NCBI GenBank assembly: GCA_964106915.2
Contig: OZ066916.1
Strand: one strand, 5' to 3'
Length of the DNA: 64,000 nt
From: Podarcis gaigeae
Lineage: Eukaryota
The notes under the pieces were generated by a model. The model did no database searches. It worked only from the letters and a program-made list of their open reading frames with translations, and was not told the DNA's origin. Made by a program: the position numbers and the translations under genes. Of the stretch, positions 13,113-25,160 are shown one piece after another; position 1 is the first letter of the stretch, and every line of letters begins with the position of its first letter.

Positions 13113-15623
13113 TAGCTCCAATCTTCCCTGGCCATTGGCTTATGGAAGTTGTAGACCAACATCATCTGGCAGCCCACAGGTTTCCCATTAGTTCATAGTC
13201 AAGCAAATGAATAACATGTAACCCACACTGGTAATGTGCATCAAATCACCAGTTCCCTCCAGGCTTTATGTACTTACTACAACATAATGTTGCACTGTGC
13301 TCTTGACCTTTTAGCCATCAAGAAGTTGTCACAGTGTTGGTTGTAATAAAACGCAGTGCAAGGCAATAGTGGCCATGAGCACACTGCTGTATTGTCGTTT
13401 CAGGTGTTGGGCTAGGGTGGAGGCACCCAAAGTAGTCCATTGGGGCACAGAAAAGGGGGGGAGTGGCAGCAGAAGTATCAGTGGAGAGAAAGAACAACAG
13501 AACAGACAAATAGCAGGTTTTGGACAAGCAGTCCCCATGTGTTTTTCCAGGCTATACAAACGTTTCTCTCTTATAATGGCTCTAGTGTTCAGCATTAGCC
13601 CTTGAATGCCCTATCAAGAATTCATTTCAATAACTGTCTTGTTATTCATCAGCGGACTCCAATCTAGAGATAAGCTCCAATTAAATGCCAATTACACATG
13701 CATAATTGGCCAATTACTGTATTTGTCCAGTTACTTGTAGAGAGAAAAAAGCTCACACTGATGTATATTAAGCCTTCCTCTTTATTATTACCATATAATT
13801 TACTATACTTGATTTTCCATGTATACTATACAAAGCACAACTTCCATCACTGCAGAAAATAAATAGATGATGACTTAAATGGAATATAGTGACCAATTCC
13901 CAGCCCATTTTCAAGGAAAAGCAGGTTGAAAGCAGAAAGTTGTGTAAATAATACCCTTTTAATCTCCTACCTACCCTAATGATCCTAAAAAGGAAATAAC
14001 ATATTGTTAACGTATTGTTAACTTTTTAAAAAAGTTATATTAATAGCAAAACATTCATTGGTTCATCATTTGCTGGTGAGGATAACCAACATAGCAAGTG
14101 GCTTGGTGAAGCATGGGTTCCCTTCTGCTCCTGGAGCAGCTGGTTATATGAAATTCAGAACCTTATATAAAACTCTGCTATCGGAGTAACACTCGTGAAG
14201 ATTTATGCTCTTCGGTAAACAAGAATGGGGTGGGGAGAATTGCAGGTTTTAGCTTCATAGTTTTAACAGGTAAATCTTAGAAGCAACAAGCTTAACATTC
14301 CAAGAGGGGTACAATGTGCCTAGTTAGAAAACATTTGATTGCTTATGAAGGGTCAAAGATACTTACTAACCTGAAAAAGCAAATGACTGAAGATGCATAA
14401 AAACATACTCAAAGCAGCTATAAAGCAGTCACAGTTTCTATACGCAGTAGTTCTTAAGAATGCTGCTTCAGGACCTGATCGAGCCCTCAAACTCTAACTG
14501 TACTCAGCTTGAACCACCCTTGTAGTTATGCGTTAACATTTCATTCTGTGATAAAACTGTGGACTCAGCTACATTAGTCAAAAAACAGAGTTTTAATTGT
14601 GTTATAAACATGCAACACCAGATGGAGCTGTAGAGCACAAAACTTTTTTATGCGATTTTACATAGGTTTTTTTTTTTTTTTTACTTTGGTTACAACAATT
14701 TAATTTATGACTTATTTATAGCTTTTTTCCTGTGTGTAGATCCACCCAGTGATTCTGGTTTTGGATATGTGTGCGTTATATATGCACATACACAATGCAA
14801 ACTGAAGGTGAGTGTAGGAGGGTCTACATGCGTATGGTTCAATGTCTGCATTTCCTGGACTTTCTTGCTTTCATGAGAAAGTAGTCTGTTTCAAATTATT
14901 GGAAGAGGAGCCATAGCTTGTTGGTATAGCACATCCTTTGCATATAGAACACCCTAAGATCAACCATTGGCATCTACAGGTTAAAAGGTATCCGGAAGCA
15001 ACACTGGTGTGAAATATTGTGGGCATAGGGCAGTATATGAATTCAATAAATAATAATAATGTTGGAAAGCCACTACTCATCAGACACCTCTGGGTTAGAC
15101 AGGCCAATGGTCTGGCTCACTATAAGCCAGATCCATACATATTCGTAATAACAGCATCTATGTAGAAGCTTTATGCAGTTATCTGTGATTGGATGTAGGC
15201 TCCCAATGAGGAACTCAGAACCGTTTTGCTTCTCCCCTATCTTTTTTGCTGTTGTGCCGCACTGTGGTAAGCCAAGGTTTGGCTTAGCATGCAATCAGAA
15301 CATGGGCTCATGGTTAAGCTCTCTCCAGACTAACCAAGAGCCAAGGTTTGGCTTAGCACAATGAGGTCACTGTATCATCCAGTGAAATATCTAATCTGAC
15401 ATGGACAACAGTTGCTCTGGAAGCCTCCCAGAGTGGCTGGGGTAACCCAGTCAGATGGACAGCTTATAAATAATAAATTATTATTATAATTTATCATACC
15501 TGTGCTGAGGGCAGAAAAGTACCCCTACCCCTCTACACACAACAAGGGAGAAGGTGCTTTTAAATCGCTTTGAGAAGTGAAATTCCAGATGCGGTGTTAC
15601 AAGATCTTGTTTCCTTTGGATAA

Positions 15624-15626
15624 TAT

Positions 15627-15657
<31 letters not shown>
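15624..15657. repeat. (TTTA)n microsatellite
   Basis: Direct reading. Confidence 0.95.
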
Positions 15658-16394
15658 CTTGCTGGCTTAGTTTGAGATAAACCCTACTGGAAGTAAGAAC
15701 AACAGGCAGTAGATATTCAGATAGAAACACTTGCACCCCCTCCCAATGCAGCACCTAGTTTACACTAACTCTCTGTCTCTTGCTGTGTACATAGCACTGC
15801 TTAATCTGGATCCAGTGCACACCCACCACTGGTTTTTGAATCCATATACACTTTGCCCACTATACAAAATGATCCCGTAGCTTCTTGTGAAATACTGCTA
15901 TTTGATGCATTTTACCTCAAACCAGCTACAATCCAAAAGAAAAACTGTTCATTTGAGAGAGCCATTGTGCATGCACAGATGACAGCTTCATGAATAGGAG
16001 CTGGGTGTGCATGCAGGTGTAGGGAAACCAAACAGATAAATGCACAGACATCGCAATCCCCTCTGCTGTTTATAATAGCAAGGGGGAAGCAATCTCATTT
16101 TGTTTTAAGCCACTAATGTGCCCATTAACTCCAAAATACAGGCTCTCTCACACACACCTCCCTGCTGAGCCCTATTCCCCAAAACTAGACCGCCCATTCA
16201 GGAAAAATCAACGTTCTTTTTTAATAAAACCCTGGATTACTCATTCACAGTGACTAAGCTGGCCAGACTACAACACATGTGCTTAATAAATAAACTACCA
16301 AGAAAGCTGTACACCAGATTTCTCTCTCTAAAAGCAAAAACTCTGTAGAGAGAGAAAAAAAACTTAATAGGAACTGAACCTACAGGTACAAAGA

Positions 16395-17508
16395 AACATA
16401 GAATTGTAGAGTTCAAAGGGAACCCATGGATCATCTAGTCCAACGCCTTGTAATGCAGGAATCTCATCTAAAATATACATGACAGGTGGCTACCAAAACT
16501 CTGCTTAAAGACCTCCAAGGAATGAGAGTCCACCACCTCTCGTGGGAGAATGTTCCACTGTCAAACAGCTTTTACTGCCGGAAAGTTATTCCTGATGTTT
16601 AGTCAGAATCTCCTTTCTTGTAACTAGAAGCCATTAGTTTGGATCCCAGCCTCTGGAGCAGGAGAAAACAAGCTTGTTCCATCCTCCATGTGACAACCCT
16701 TTAAATATTTGACAATGGCTATCATATCTCCTCTTTTCCAGGCTAAACATACTCAACACCCTCAACCATTCCTCATAACCTTTCGTCATATTGGTCGTCC
16801 TCCTCTGCACATGTTCTAGCTTGTCAATATCCTTAAATTGTAGCGCCCAGAACTGGACACAGTACTCCAAGTGTGGTCTGACCAAAGCAGAATAGAACAG
16901 GACTGTTAGGTCCCTTGATCAGAACACTATACTACATCTGTTGATGTAGCCTATTAGGGGTTTTTGTTTTTTGCAGTTGCATCACACTGTTGACTCATGT
17001 TAAGCTTGTGGTCTACTAAGACACCAAGATCCTTTTCACGTGTATTACTGGCAAGCTGCCCTGCAGGACATATTCAGGAGAAGAAAAGGCTAAGGAGTAA
17101 ACCCTACACAAATTTGGAGTGGTCCCCCTAAGATGGTTGGATTGTGCCTTGCACTCCTCCTGCAGCCAAGCTGGTGCCAAATGTTTTGCTCTGCCTTCCT
17201 TTGGACCACATCAGCGAGGCAGAGAGTGAGGACTTTTCATCTGGGCAGCCCAGGACCTCCATACACACTGCCCAGGTTTGTGCCCCAGTGAGTTTACTTT
17301 GGTGCTGCTAAAACAGCCAAAACAGTGTGGGAGGTAGCAGTTACCAGTCTGTGCAGTCACTGTGGTCCCTGTGATTCTCCAGCAGTTTGACTTCACCCCC
17401 AGAGGCGCACTCCATTGTCTCTTCAGGCAGACAGATGCAAACAGCTAGCAAGCCAGGTGCCCCCCATCTTATATTTGTGCAGCTGGTTCTTCCTGCCTAA
17501 GTGTAGAG
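16395..17508 (-). mobile_element. CR1 LINE 3' fragment, interrupted by an insertion at 17057-17444
   Basis: Minus strand encodes VRPHLEYCVQFWA..KDIDKLEHVQRR..FSLEKRR (CR1 ORF2 C-terminus) and the CR1 3' end (TTCTATG-type). CR1 sequence resumes at 17445. Confidence 0.9.
17057..17444 (+). mobile_element. RTE-like short non-autonomous retroposon inserted in CR1
   Basis: Flanked by CTGGCAAGC (17048-17056) and CTAGCAAGC (17445-17453). Its 3' end GCACTCCATTGTCTCTT..CAGAC.GATGC.AACA is shared with 12896-13112. RTE affinity is recalled, not verified. Confidence 0.65.
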
Positions 17509-17954
17509 ATAATTTCCTAGAGGTGAGAGCATACTCAAGAACCCCAAGACACAGGTTTGCCAAGCCCCTCCTTACACACACACCTGTGCTATAAGCAGCT
17601 CCCAATGTGTTTTGCACACACAGGGCAGAAAGAAAACCTCCACAACCCCCTTTAAACAGCATATTCCATCCCCATGTGGGAATGGGAGCCAAGGCTCACT
17701 TGGACCCTACCCACAGAGCTCATGCCACATAAATGACAGGAAGAGTTTTTTTGGAGCATGTGCAAAATAACCACTACCAGACCTCTGGGATAAAGGGGGA
17801 AATTTTCGTAATTTAGGGAACTTCCTCTTTTTAGTCGTTTGTACAAAAGATCTTTCACCTCATATATAGTACATATACTCCCTTAAGGGTTCCTACACCG
17901 GTATTTTAAAACAGGGGCTTTTATTAGCCTCCAAGCCCCCAAACGCTGCATTAA

Positions 17955-18090
17955 CGTGCTGTAGTGAATCGAGCTGGGAAGACACCGGAGTCCGAATCAC
18001 CATTCATCCCTGAAGCTCACTGGGTGACCTTGGGGGCAGCCACCATCTCTCAGCCTAGCCTACTTCGCGAGGTTGTTGTGCGAGGATAAG
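17955..18090 (+). mobile_element. Degenerate copy of the same MIR/CORE-like SINE
   Basis: GAAGCTCACTGGGTGACCTTGGG...TCTCTCAGCCTAGCCTAC..GGTTGTTGTG..AGGATAA core. Confidence 0.65.
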
Positions 18091-18399
18091 CCGCGAGCGG
18101 GAGAAGAGAAGCGCGCTCTTTGCTTCCCGCTTTTGGAGGGAGGGCGAGAGTCAAAACTAGCAGCAAGCCTTCACTGGATGTGGCCAACCTTCGCTCCCCC
18201 GCGGCGGACACGTGTCTCCCTCCCGTACCCCTGGCGGGCGCCCGAGTCAAAGAAGCTCTTCTCCCGCGCCTCGCCACCCCCACCCCCGCCCCTGCCCAGG
18301 GAGCGAAGGGCCAGACCGGAGACCCACAGCGCCTCCAACTCTCCAACCCCACTCCTCCTCTGCCGCTGCTGCCTCCCTCTCGGCGCTCCAGCCTGTTAC

Positions 18400-18449
18400 C
18401 TGCCGAAGTGTCCCAGGGAGTCAAAGAGGAGCTCGAAGTTGCGAGCCAT
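18400..18449 (-). CDS. SLC22A16: SLC22A16 (organic cation/carnitine transporter CT2/OCT6) coding exon 1
   Basis: GCGCCATGG Kozak ATG at 18449 encodes MARNFELLFDSLGHFG(R), the typical SLC22 N-terminal motif. Donor AG|GTAACA. 50 nt, phase 2, joins exon 2 in frame. Lies in a CpG island. Confidence 0.93.
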
Positions 18450-18914
18450 GGCGCGGGCGCTCGGCGGTGTGCGGGGCCGGCCAGAGTCCCATCTCAGCCT
18501 CTCCCCTCCCTGCCCCGCAGAGCCCGCCTGCTGGGAAGGGGCGGCTCCTTCGCCCGCCTGTCCAACAGACGGACCCTTCAGGCCGGTGAAGGGCCGCGCT
18601 GTAACCCCTCCCCTGGCGCCAGGGGGGTCAGCTCCCCCGGCCGCGCGCGCTCCTTTCCCGCCCGGTGCAGGCTTCCCTCCCTCCAGGCCCCTGGCCCATT
18701 CCGCCCCCGCCGGGCGCACCTCAGCTCCTCTAGCAGCGCCAGGGTACATCTGAGCCCTTTCAGCGCGCTTAAAGTCCCGTTTAAAGTCGAATTCCCTGGC
18801 CAAATTTCCAAGGATATGGTGGTTTTGTTCTTGTGGCCGTTCGCCTTTTGTGGGCTTCCAGTCGGGGCGTATGGTTGCCCACTGTGAGAACAAGTACCGG
18901 TATGCTGGACTAGA

Positions 18915-19165
18915 TTATTTTTATATATTTGCTTTCACATTCGCACCCCACTTTTCCTGCAAGCTCAAGGTGGTGTCCATCGTTTTCTACTCCCCACCCC
19001 CCCTCCGCCTGTTTTTCTCCTCAGAACAACCCTTTGAGGTAGGTTAGGCTGGGAGGCAGTGACTGGGCCAAGATTCCCCTGTGAGCTTCATGGCTGAGTT
19101 TGGATTTGAACTCTGGTCTCCCAGTTCTTTGTCGGACACACTAACCACTACACCACGCTGGCTCT
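18915..19165 (-). mobile_element. tRNA-derived MIR/CORE-like squamate SINE inserted in an older CR1-type tail
   Basis: Reverse head AGCCAGCGTGGTGTAGTGGTTAG...GAGTTCAAATCC and core CAGCCTAACCTACCTCA..GGGTTGTT. The host sequence GCTGGACTAGAT|GGGCC is split around it. Confidence 0.75.
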
Positions 19166-21443
19166 CAGATGGGCCTTCTGTTTGAACCAGCAGGGCAATT
19201 CTAATGTTCATATATGGAGAACATATATGCCTCCTATATGCCTCCCCCCCCCCTTAAGGTGTTGGACACCTTAAATACAACATTGTGGAGGAAATCATTA
19301 AGGGCTGCTTCAACCTGGAGCACCCCAAAACCCACTTATGTTTCCTTGTAATACTAAATCTTGGAGCCCTGACTATATGAGACTGAATTGCTAGGTCAGC
19401 CTTTAACTCAATTTCTTTACATTCTGGCCTCTGCAGAAATGCATCTGTTTGAGGCTAAGGCAAGCAGCAATCAATGTGATGCACTCCAGATGTTGCTGGA
19501 TTCCCGACTCCCATCATCAGCCCCAGCCAACACAGCCAAAGGGCTAGAGGCGCTGGCAGCAACATCTGAACATTGGCTGTCCCAGGTCTAAGGGATGCCC
19601 TGGGACTGCAGAGCAGAAGGAAGGCACACACTCTCCTTGCCTCTGCTATGAAGTCTGTGAGACATACATCCACTAACAGTCTGCACCCTCTTCTTCCCAG
19701 GAAGAAGAACATCATGGCAGTTGTGCTGTCAAGCAAAGTCTTTGTTGCAAAGGTCCAGGGCCCCATTCAGCGCCATCATGAGCAGGAGGACCTCCAAAGT
19801 GCAGCAGAGCTGGTTGCCCACATTTTGAAGTAAGTGAAGTTGTAATACACATTGCCATTTCAAGTGTGGAAGGGGGGGCTAAGGCCATCATGCTGCCATT
19901 TAGGTTTAAAAATCATAGTTGGGGGAAATAAATGAAACAATTGGCCACATTCTGTGTGCACGGGTTTTGATATTTTTTTGGTCTTCTTAAGTATAGTTTA
20001 CACTTTAGCAGAGCAGCTTGTAAAATTCTGAAGGCTGGAACAAAAAAATGCTGAGGACTGGGTTGTGAATTGAACTGGAAAGGAATTAGGTGCCTTTTGC
20101 AGAGGGGTGAACCGGAACTGGAACAAATTCCTTTTTTTAAAACAAACTTCTTTGGTAAAACGAACCATCATACACAAAGCAGGCCAAAATCACAGCTGGA
20201 TTTATTACAAAGATTTTACAAAACAAGGAAATGAGGTTTTACTAACACACAGCCAGAATCAAAGGGTGGAAAGTGCTATTGAGTGGAGACTCATTAATTT
20301 CCCAGCAGGAGTTCATGTTGCCTTGAAAGCACATTGTGCAGCTGAACACGAGTCTTCATATAACATTGTCTCATGTGACCATTTATTGTTGAGCAGGTAA
20401 AGTGTCATCATTGTGAATGGTTTTGAAACAATCCACCCTTCAGAATAAACCTAACCTATAATTTTGCACTTCTATAAATCATGGTAATTGTGAAAAAGAG
20501 TCAATTTGCTTCTGGGTTGAGTCACCTGTTTAACAAGGAAGAAGTATATATATTTTCCCTTTCCACTTATCAGATGCTGGATGTACAGACAGGCTGTGAC
20601 CTACAGTACCCTAGTGACTAAATTTCCCAGACTTTGCTGGTTTTTGACTCACTTGTAGAAATAATAGCAAAAGCACATTCCTGGGGTATGGGGAATGGAA
20701 GGATGGGCTTCATTTTATATTTCAGGGACCCTATACAACATTCATGGGAAAGGATTAGCAGCTATTATAGGGTCACTGTTGCAGCCCCATATTAATTAGG
20801 GATAAGTCAACTGAATCACATTCCATCATTATAAAGAGAAACTGAGAGGAGGTGATTCTACAGCTTTTACTCAGAAAATAGTTCAACAGACTGATCTGAA
20901 ACTTGGCTGTGTAAGAGATTTTGATTTGAGGATGGTCCATGCCAGCTCTAGGGTATAAATAACAAAGGCCTTCTTTTAAATGAACTAAATGTTTGACAAG
21001 CTGAAAGATGGCGTGCATTTTTCTTCCATGGGTTTTACTAGGATGATTTTTAGGAAAATATTTCTCCATTTGTTCAGCATCTTTTGGGAAATGATTTGCC
21101 GTGTTGGGTCAAACACAACAAGCATGTGCCTTTACTCATGAATTGTATAACATGCTTGCAGTTTTGGTTTGTTTTTCTTTTTAAAGGCATTTCTGTGGCC
21201 AGTGTTAGTCAGTGGTATTTCAGAAGGGTGTTCATCACACATGTTCAATATGAACCTGTTCTGAGAGAAGGTTAAGTGGAAGGAGAGTTGAAAGGGAAGT
21301 TTAATGGTGTGAGAGTGAGTGACAGAGAGGGTGTGTTGGCAAACAGCTGTGTGTGAGGAACATGAAAGGACAGTGGGAGGGAGAGATGAGATGTTTGCTG
21401 AAGCTCCAGCATGCTGGGAAATTACAACTGCTAAGGATCAGAA

Positions 21444-21801
21444 GGGACACGGGTGGCGCTGTGGGTTAAACTACAGAGCCTAGGACTTACCGATCAGAAG
21501 GTCGGTGGTTCGAATCCCCGTGACGGGGTGAGCTCCTGTTGCTCGGTCCCAGCTCCTGTCAACCTAGCAGTTTGAAAGCACGTCAAAGTGCAAGTAGATC
21601 AATAGGTACCACTCCGGCGGGAAGGTAAACAGCGTTTCCATGCACTGCTCTGGTTCACCAGAAGCGGCTTAGTCATGCTGGCCACATGACCTGGAAGCTG
21701 TACACCGGCTCCCTCGGCCAATAAAGCGAGATGAGCGCCGCAACCCCAGAGTCGGTCACGCCTGGACCTAATGGTCAGGGGTCCCTTTACCTTTACCTTT
21801 A
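21444..21801 (+). mobile_element. Sauria SINE, full length
   Basis: tRNA-like head GGGACACGGGTGGCGCTGTGGGTTAAA...GGTTCGAATCCC, Sauria SINE body, (ACCTTT)n tail. Degenerate flanking duplication aaggatca/aagggtca. Confidence 0.92.
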
Positions 21802-23526
21802 AGGGTCATACATTTAACATAAATGTTCTTTAGGCAATATTGATATGATGGCCTACCCTTTTGTTAATTCTAGCTTCACTGCTGCATTGGAGTTGGATGG
21901 CTGTCAGTGCCAGATGGCTGTAAGTCCCAGATTGTCCGTACACTGCAATAGACACACGAAGTCTATGCAACTGAAGATATCATGCAACTGAATATAGAAA
22001 CACTGTGTTATAAGTACTTAATTCAACTGGTGACCAATGCTATCCAGCTGGTAAAGCCAATTAACATATGTAGCATGATCAAAATCCACCTTTCCTTAAC
22101 AAACAACACCTGCAATAGTTTCTTCTGCTACATGATGTGCCCAGTTCTCATTGGCCTATGATGACACTACTTGTCAAATTCATAGTCCATGGCTCCTTAT
22201 AGTTTTGGTATCCTACAGTGGCTTAACTTTTTTTTTTTTACTACGTTTAAAAGTAGGAGTATTCTATGAACATGCCAAGATAGAATATAATACTGCAAAC
22301 CTTTATTATCTTTTAATTTGACCCTTTTCCTCCCAAGTGCAAGAAAGAAATGCAAATCCACCCCAACACTGATCAAGTCCACAGTTGCTTGCAAATCACA
22401 ATAAAATATCCCCCCAAGGCTCTGTTTGGTGTGCCTTCATGCAGGGCTGTGAGGCAATTAAGCGCAAGAGATAGGAGCTTCTCAGCTCTGAAACTCCAAC
22501 ATTCTAGTGGATATCTGGTTCTTTTCACAATAGTTCCTTAAAGTCACCAGAATACCTGTTCAACCCCTTGGGCATGTGAAAATAAAACTTTCATCTGCGT
22601 AAGCAGATTTCATCACACCAGCTGCCATTGAGAAAGACCTTCCACTCTTTCAAGTTATATACTGTAGTTAACAGTGCAGCCCTGCACATGTCTACTGAAT
22701 TCGATGGGGCTTACTTCAAGGTAAATGAGTACAGTGTAGGATTGCAGTCCAAGGAAGCCAATATACAACCATAGTTAATATCTCTGCTTGTGTGATATTC
22801 TCTGCACATCACACTAAGCTAAACTACCGTAGTGCATGAGCTCACAGATTTAAATTCAAAATGAAAAAAAATCTTTTTAAAATTCTAAGAACCAAGGCAT
22901 ATGTAGCATGGAAACATAGTAAGAGCAATATTAAGCATGGTAAGATCTTGCTCATCTAAAAGAGAGCAGGGATTGAGTCAGGCAGATCATAGGAGGACAT
23001 CTTCTACTCTCCTCACCTAGGGGTAAAGTCCTTCAGGTTCTACAACAATTAACTTTATACACATGATTAATGATTTCAGGCACCATTTATTCTAACATAA
23101 ATCTTAGTTAATCAATTTCTAGCATTATTGGCTTGGATCCTAAGTTCACAGAAATAACATTTTAAGCAGAGGTTGGATGGCCACCTGTCATTGATGCTTT
23201 AGTTGTGCATTGCAGGGGGGTGGACTAGATGGCACTCAGGGTCCCTTCCAACTCTACAGTTCTATGATTTCCCATCCTCTCCTCCCACTGCAATCACCTT
23301 CATACTCCCTCTGCACCTCCCAACTCTCTGGAGGGCGAAGGGCTAAAAAATATGGGATGGGGCTCAGGGGGCTGCTGGAAGAGGGGGAGAATTGTCAATC
23401 AATCCAGTTTGGGGTGATTCTGCCCCCCACCTGGCAGCATCCTCCCATACCTGATCTCACAGAGTATGTAGGAAGTGGAAGAGATGATAAACTTTACTTG
23501 TATTAAGTTAATTTAAGACCCAAGAT

Positions 23527-23737
23527 CACATGCACACCATACATTTAAAGCACATTTATGCCACTTTAGCAGTCATGGCTTTACCCAGCAAATTATGGGA
23601 ACTGCAGTTTATCCCTTACAGAGCTACAGCTGCCAGCACCCTTTAAAAATCTGCAGTTCTCATGGTACTGTGGGACAGGGATCAGCCATAACTGTTGAAG
23701 TGGTATAAGAGTGCTTTAAATGCATGGTGCAGATGTG
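23527..23737. mobile_element. Palindromic MITE (ACACCATACATTTAAAGCAC family)
   Basis: Imperfect TIRs CACATGCACACCATACATTTAAAGCAC / GTGCTTTAAATGCATGGTGCAGATGTG. Related copies at ~620-920, ~35950-36212 and ~50390-50550. Confidence 0.7.
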
Positions 23738-24379
23738 CTCAGGTCAGTACATTGCTGCAAAGACTGCAAAAACTTAATGTTTCACCCATGTTATTAGAAA
23801 GTGCCAGCCATTGCCTGTCCCTCTTGATTTTGTATTAAAATTTCTCTGAAGGTTCAACCAAGTGACAGTTACCCACTAATGCTGGAAGAAGCCGTGTGCC
23901 AGCAGCAACTTGCTTTGACACACTTGGCTCAGTGTGTTCTATGGGAATAACATTACTTAACCAGAACCCTTTTTACAAAGGTTTCGGATTTCACTTGGCC
24001 TAACTTCTCAGCTACTCTGCCTGTCACTGTCCTTTATAAGAGATGCTGGGAGTTACTCATCTACCATTTCCTGATTTGGAACTCCTAAATTGAGAGGGGA
24101 GGTAGTCCTGGGTATTCAGTGGTGAGGGAAAGATTCTCTATCCAGCCACAGCAAAACTGGCATTCTTGCGCCACCCCTTCTCCCATGGATATCCTGCTCT
24201 GGCTCAACCAGGGTATAGGGCAAAGTGAGATTCAAGGCTAGATGTGAAGCTTTGCTCTGGGGAACATGGAAGTTGATCCAGCAAGGAATAAGCAGAAACT
24301 GAGTGCTTTTGTAGCAGTAGCACCAGGTGCAGCTTTATGAGAAAGGATGGTATAGAAATCTAATGAATTAAATAAATAG

Positions 24380-25160
24380 TACCACTTATGGTTATAATAT
24401 GCTTCTTTGCCTAAAGGGGCCTTATATACAGCTGTGGAATGGGGAAGGCTCAGGCCTTCTGCAGGAGAGCCCTCCAAATGCGAGGGTGGCAGTGCCACAC
24501 CCTCAGGTTGGGGGTGCTGCTCTGTAGGTTCATTGGGTATGCAGTGCCCTGCATATCTGTCAAGGTTGGAGTCCTCCCCTTCATCACTCAATTAAGAGGA
24601 ATCCTGCTCCTGTTCCCTGACAACAGAATGGTACAGGTTAGCTTTTTCCTATTACAGCCCTTGCACCACCTATCAGTTAGGGCCCTGCTCCTGTTTGTCA
24701 TGTTCTTCCAGGGGTTTGACTCCTGCAGTGGGTGATCGTCTTCCTCCCCAACATGCATCACTGTCTCAGGACAGTCCACTCTGCTGTATCGAGAAATTTC
24801 TCATCTTGCCTGGTATCTCGAAAGTGGATAGGTGGGCATCAAGTTGCTGTACTTTCTCTTCCAGCAAGGCAACCAGCTTGCACTTGCTGCATGTGTAGTT
24901 TTTCATATTCTGAGACAGGAATACAAACATGGCACAGGTGTTACAGGTCACGGCAGCAGCTCCCTCGCCGTCTATGTCTCTTGGTCCTACATACACTATG
25001 AGGCAGCACTCCAGGCCTATCCCACAAAGCACCCTTGCAAACACTCCTGTTTACAAGTCCTTGGTCACAAGCTTCCACAGGCTGCGATAAATAGTTGGGT
25101 TGCAACATCGGCCTGCTCCCAACCCTCTCCAAACTGGCAGAGATCGTTGGTTGTTTATGA
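24380..25160 (-). mobile_element. Degenerate CR1-clade 5' end / ORF1 fragment (zinc finger plus leucine zipper)
   Basis: Encodes DGEGAAAVTCNTCAMFVFL...YTCSKCKLVALLEEKVQQL; after a frameshift, LRDTRQDEKFLD and later WKNMTNRSR. These match the N-terminus of reptile CR1 ORF1. Boundaries approximate. Confidence 0.75.

Larger units (their letters stand above)
17940..18900. promoter_or_regulatory. CpG island / GC-rich promoter of SLC22A16
   Basis: Abrupt GC- and CpG-rich segment in an otherwise CpG-depleted background. It surrounds coding exon 1 and contains GC-box-like CCCGCC motifs (e.g. ~18283, ~18522, ~18706). Confidence 0.85.

Noticed and set aside
18073-18887. Long overlapping + strand ORFs (226 aa, 255 aa, 125 aa)
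   Set aside because: P/A/R/G-rich, in several frames at once and confined to the CpG island, where stop codons are depleted. No recognisable domain.
24766-25044. Host zinc-finger gene or domesticated ORF
   Set aside because: Frameshifted and interrupted by stops, with a decayed start; best explained as a CR1 ORF1 relic.
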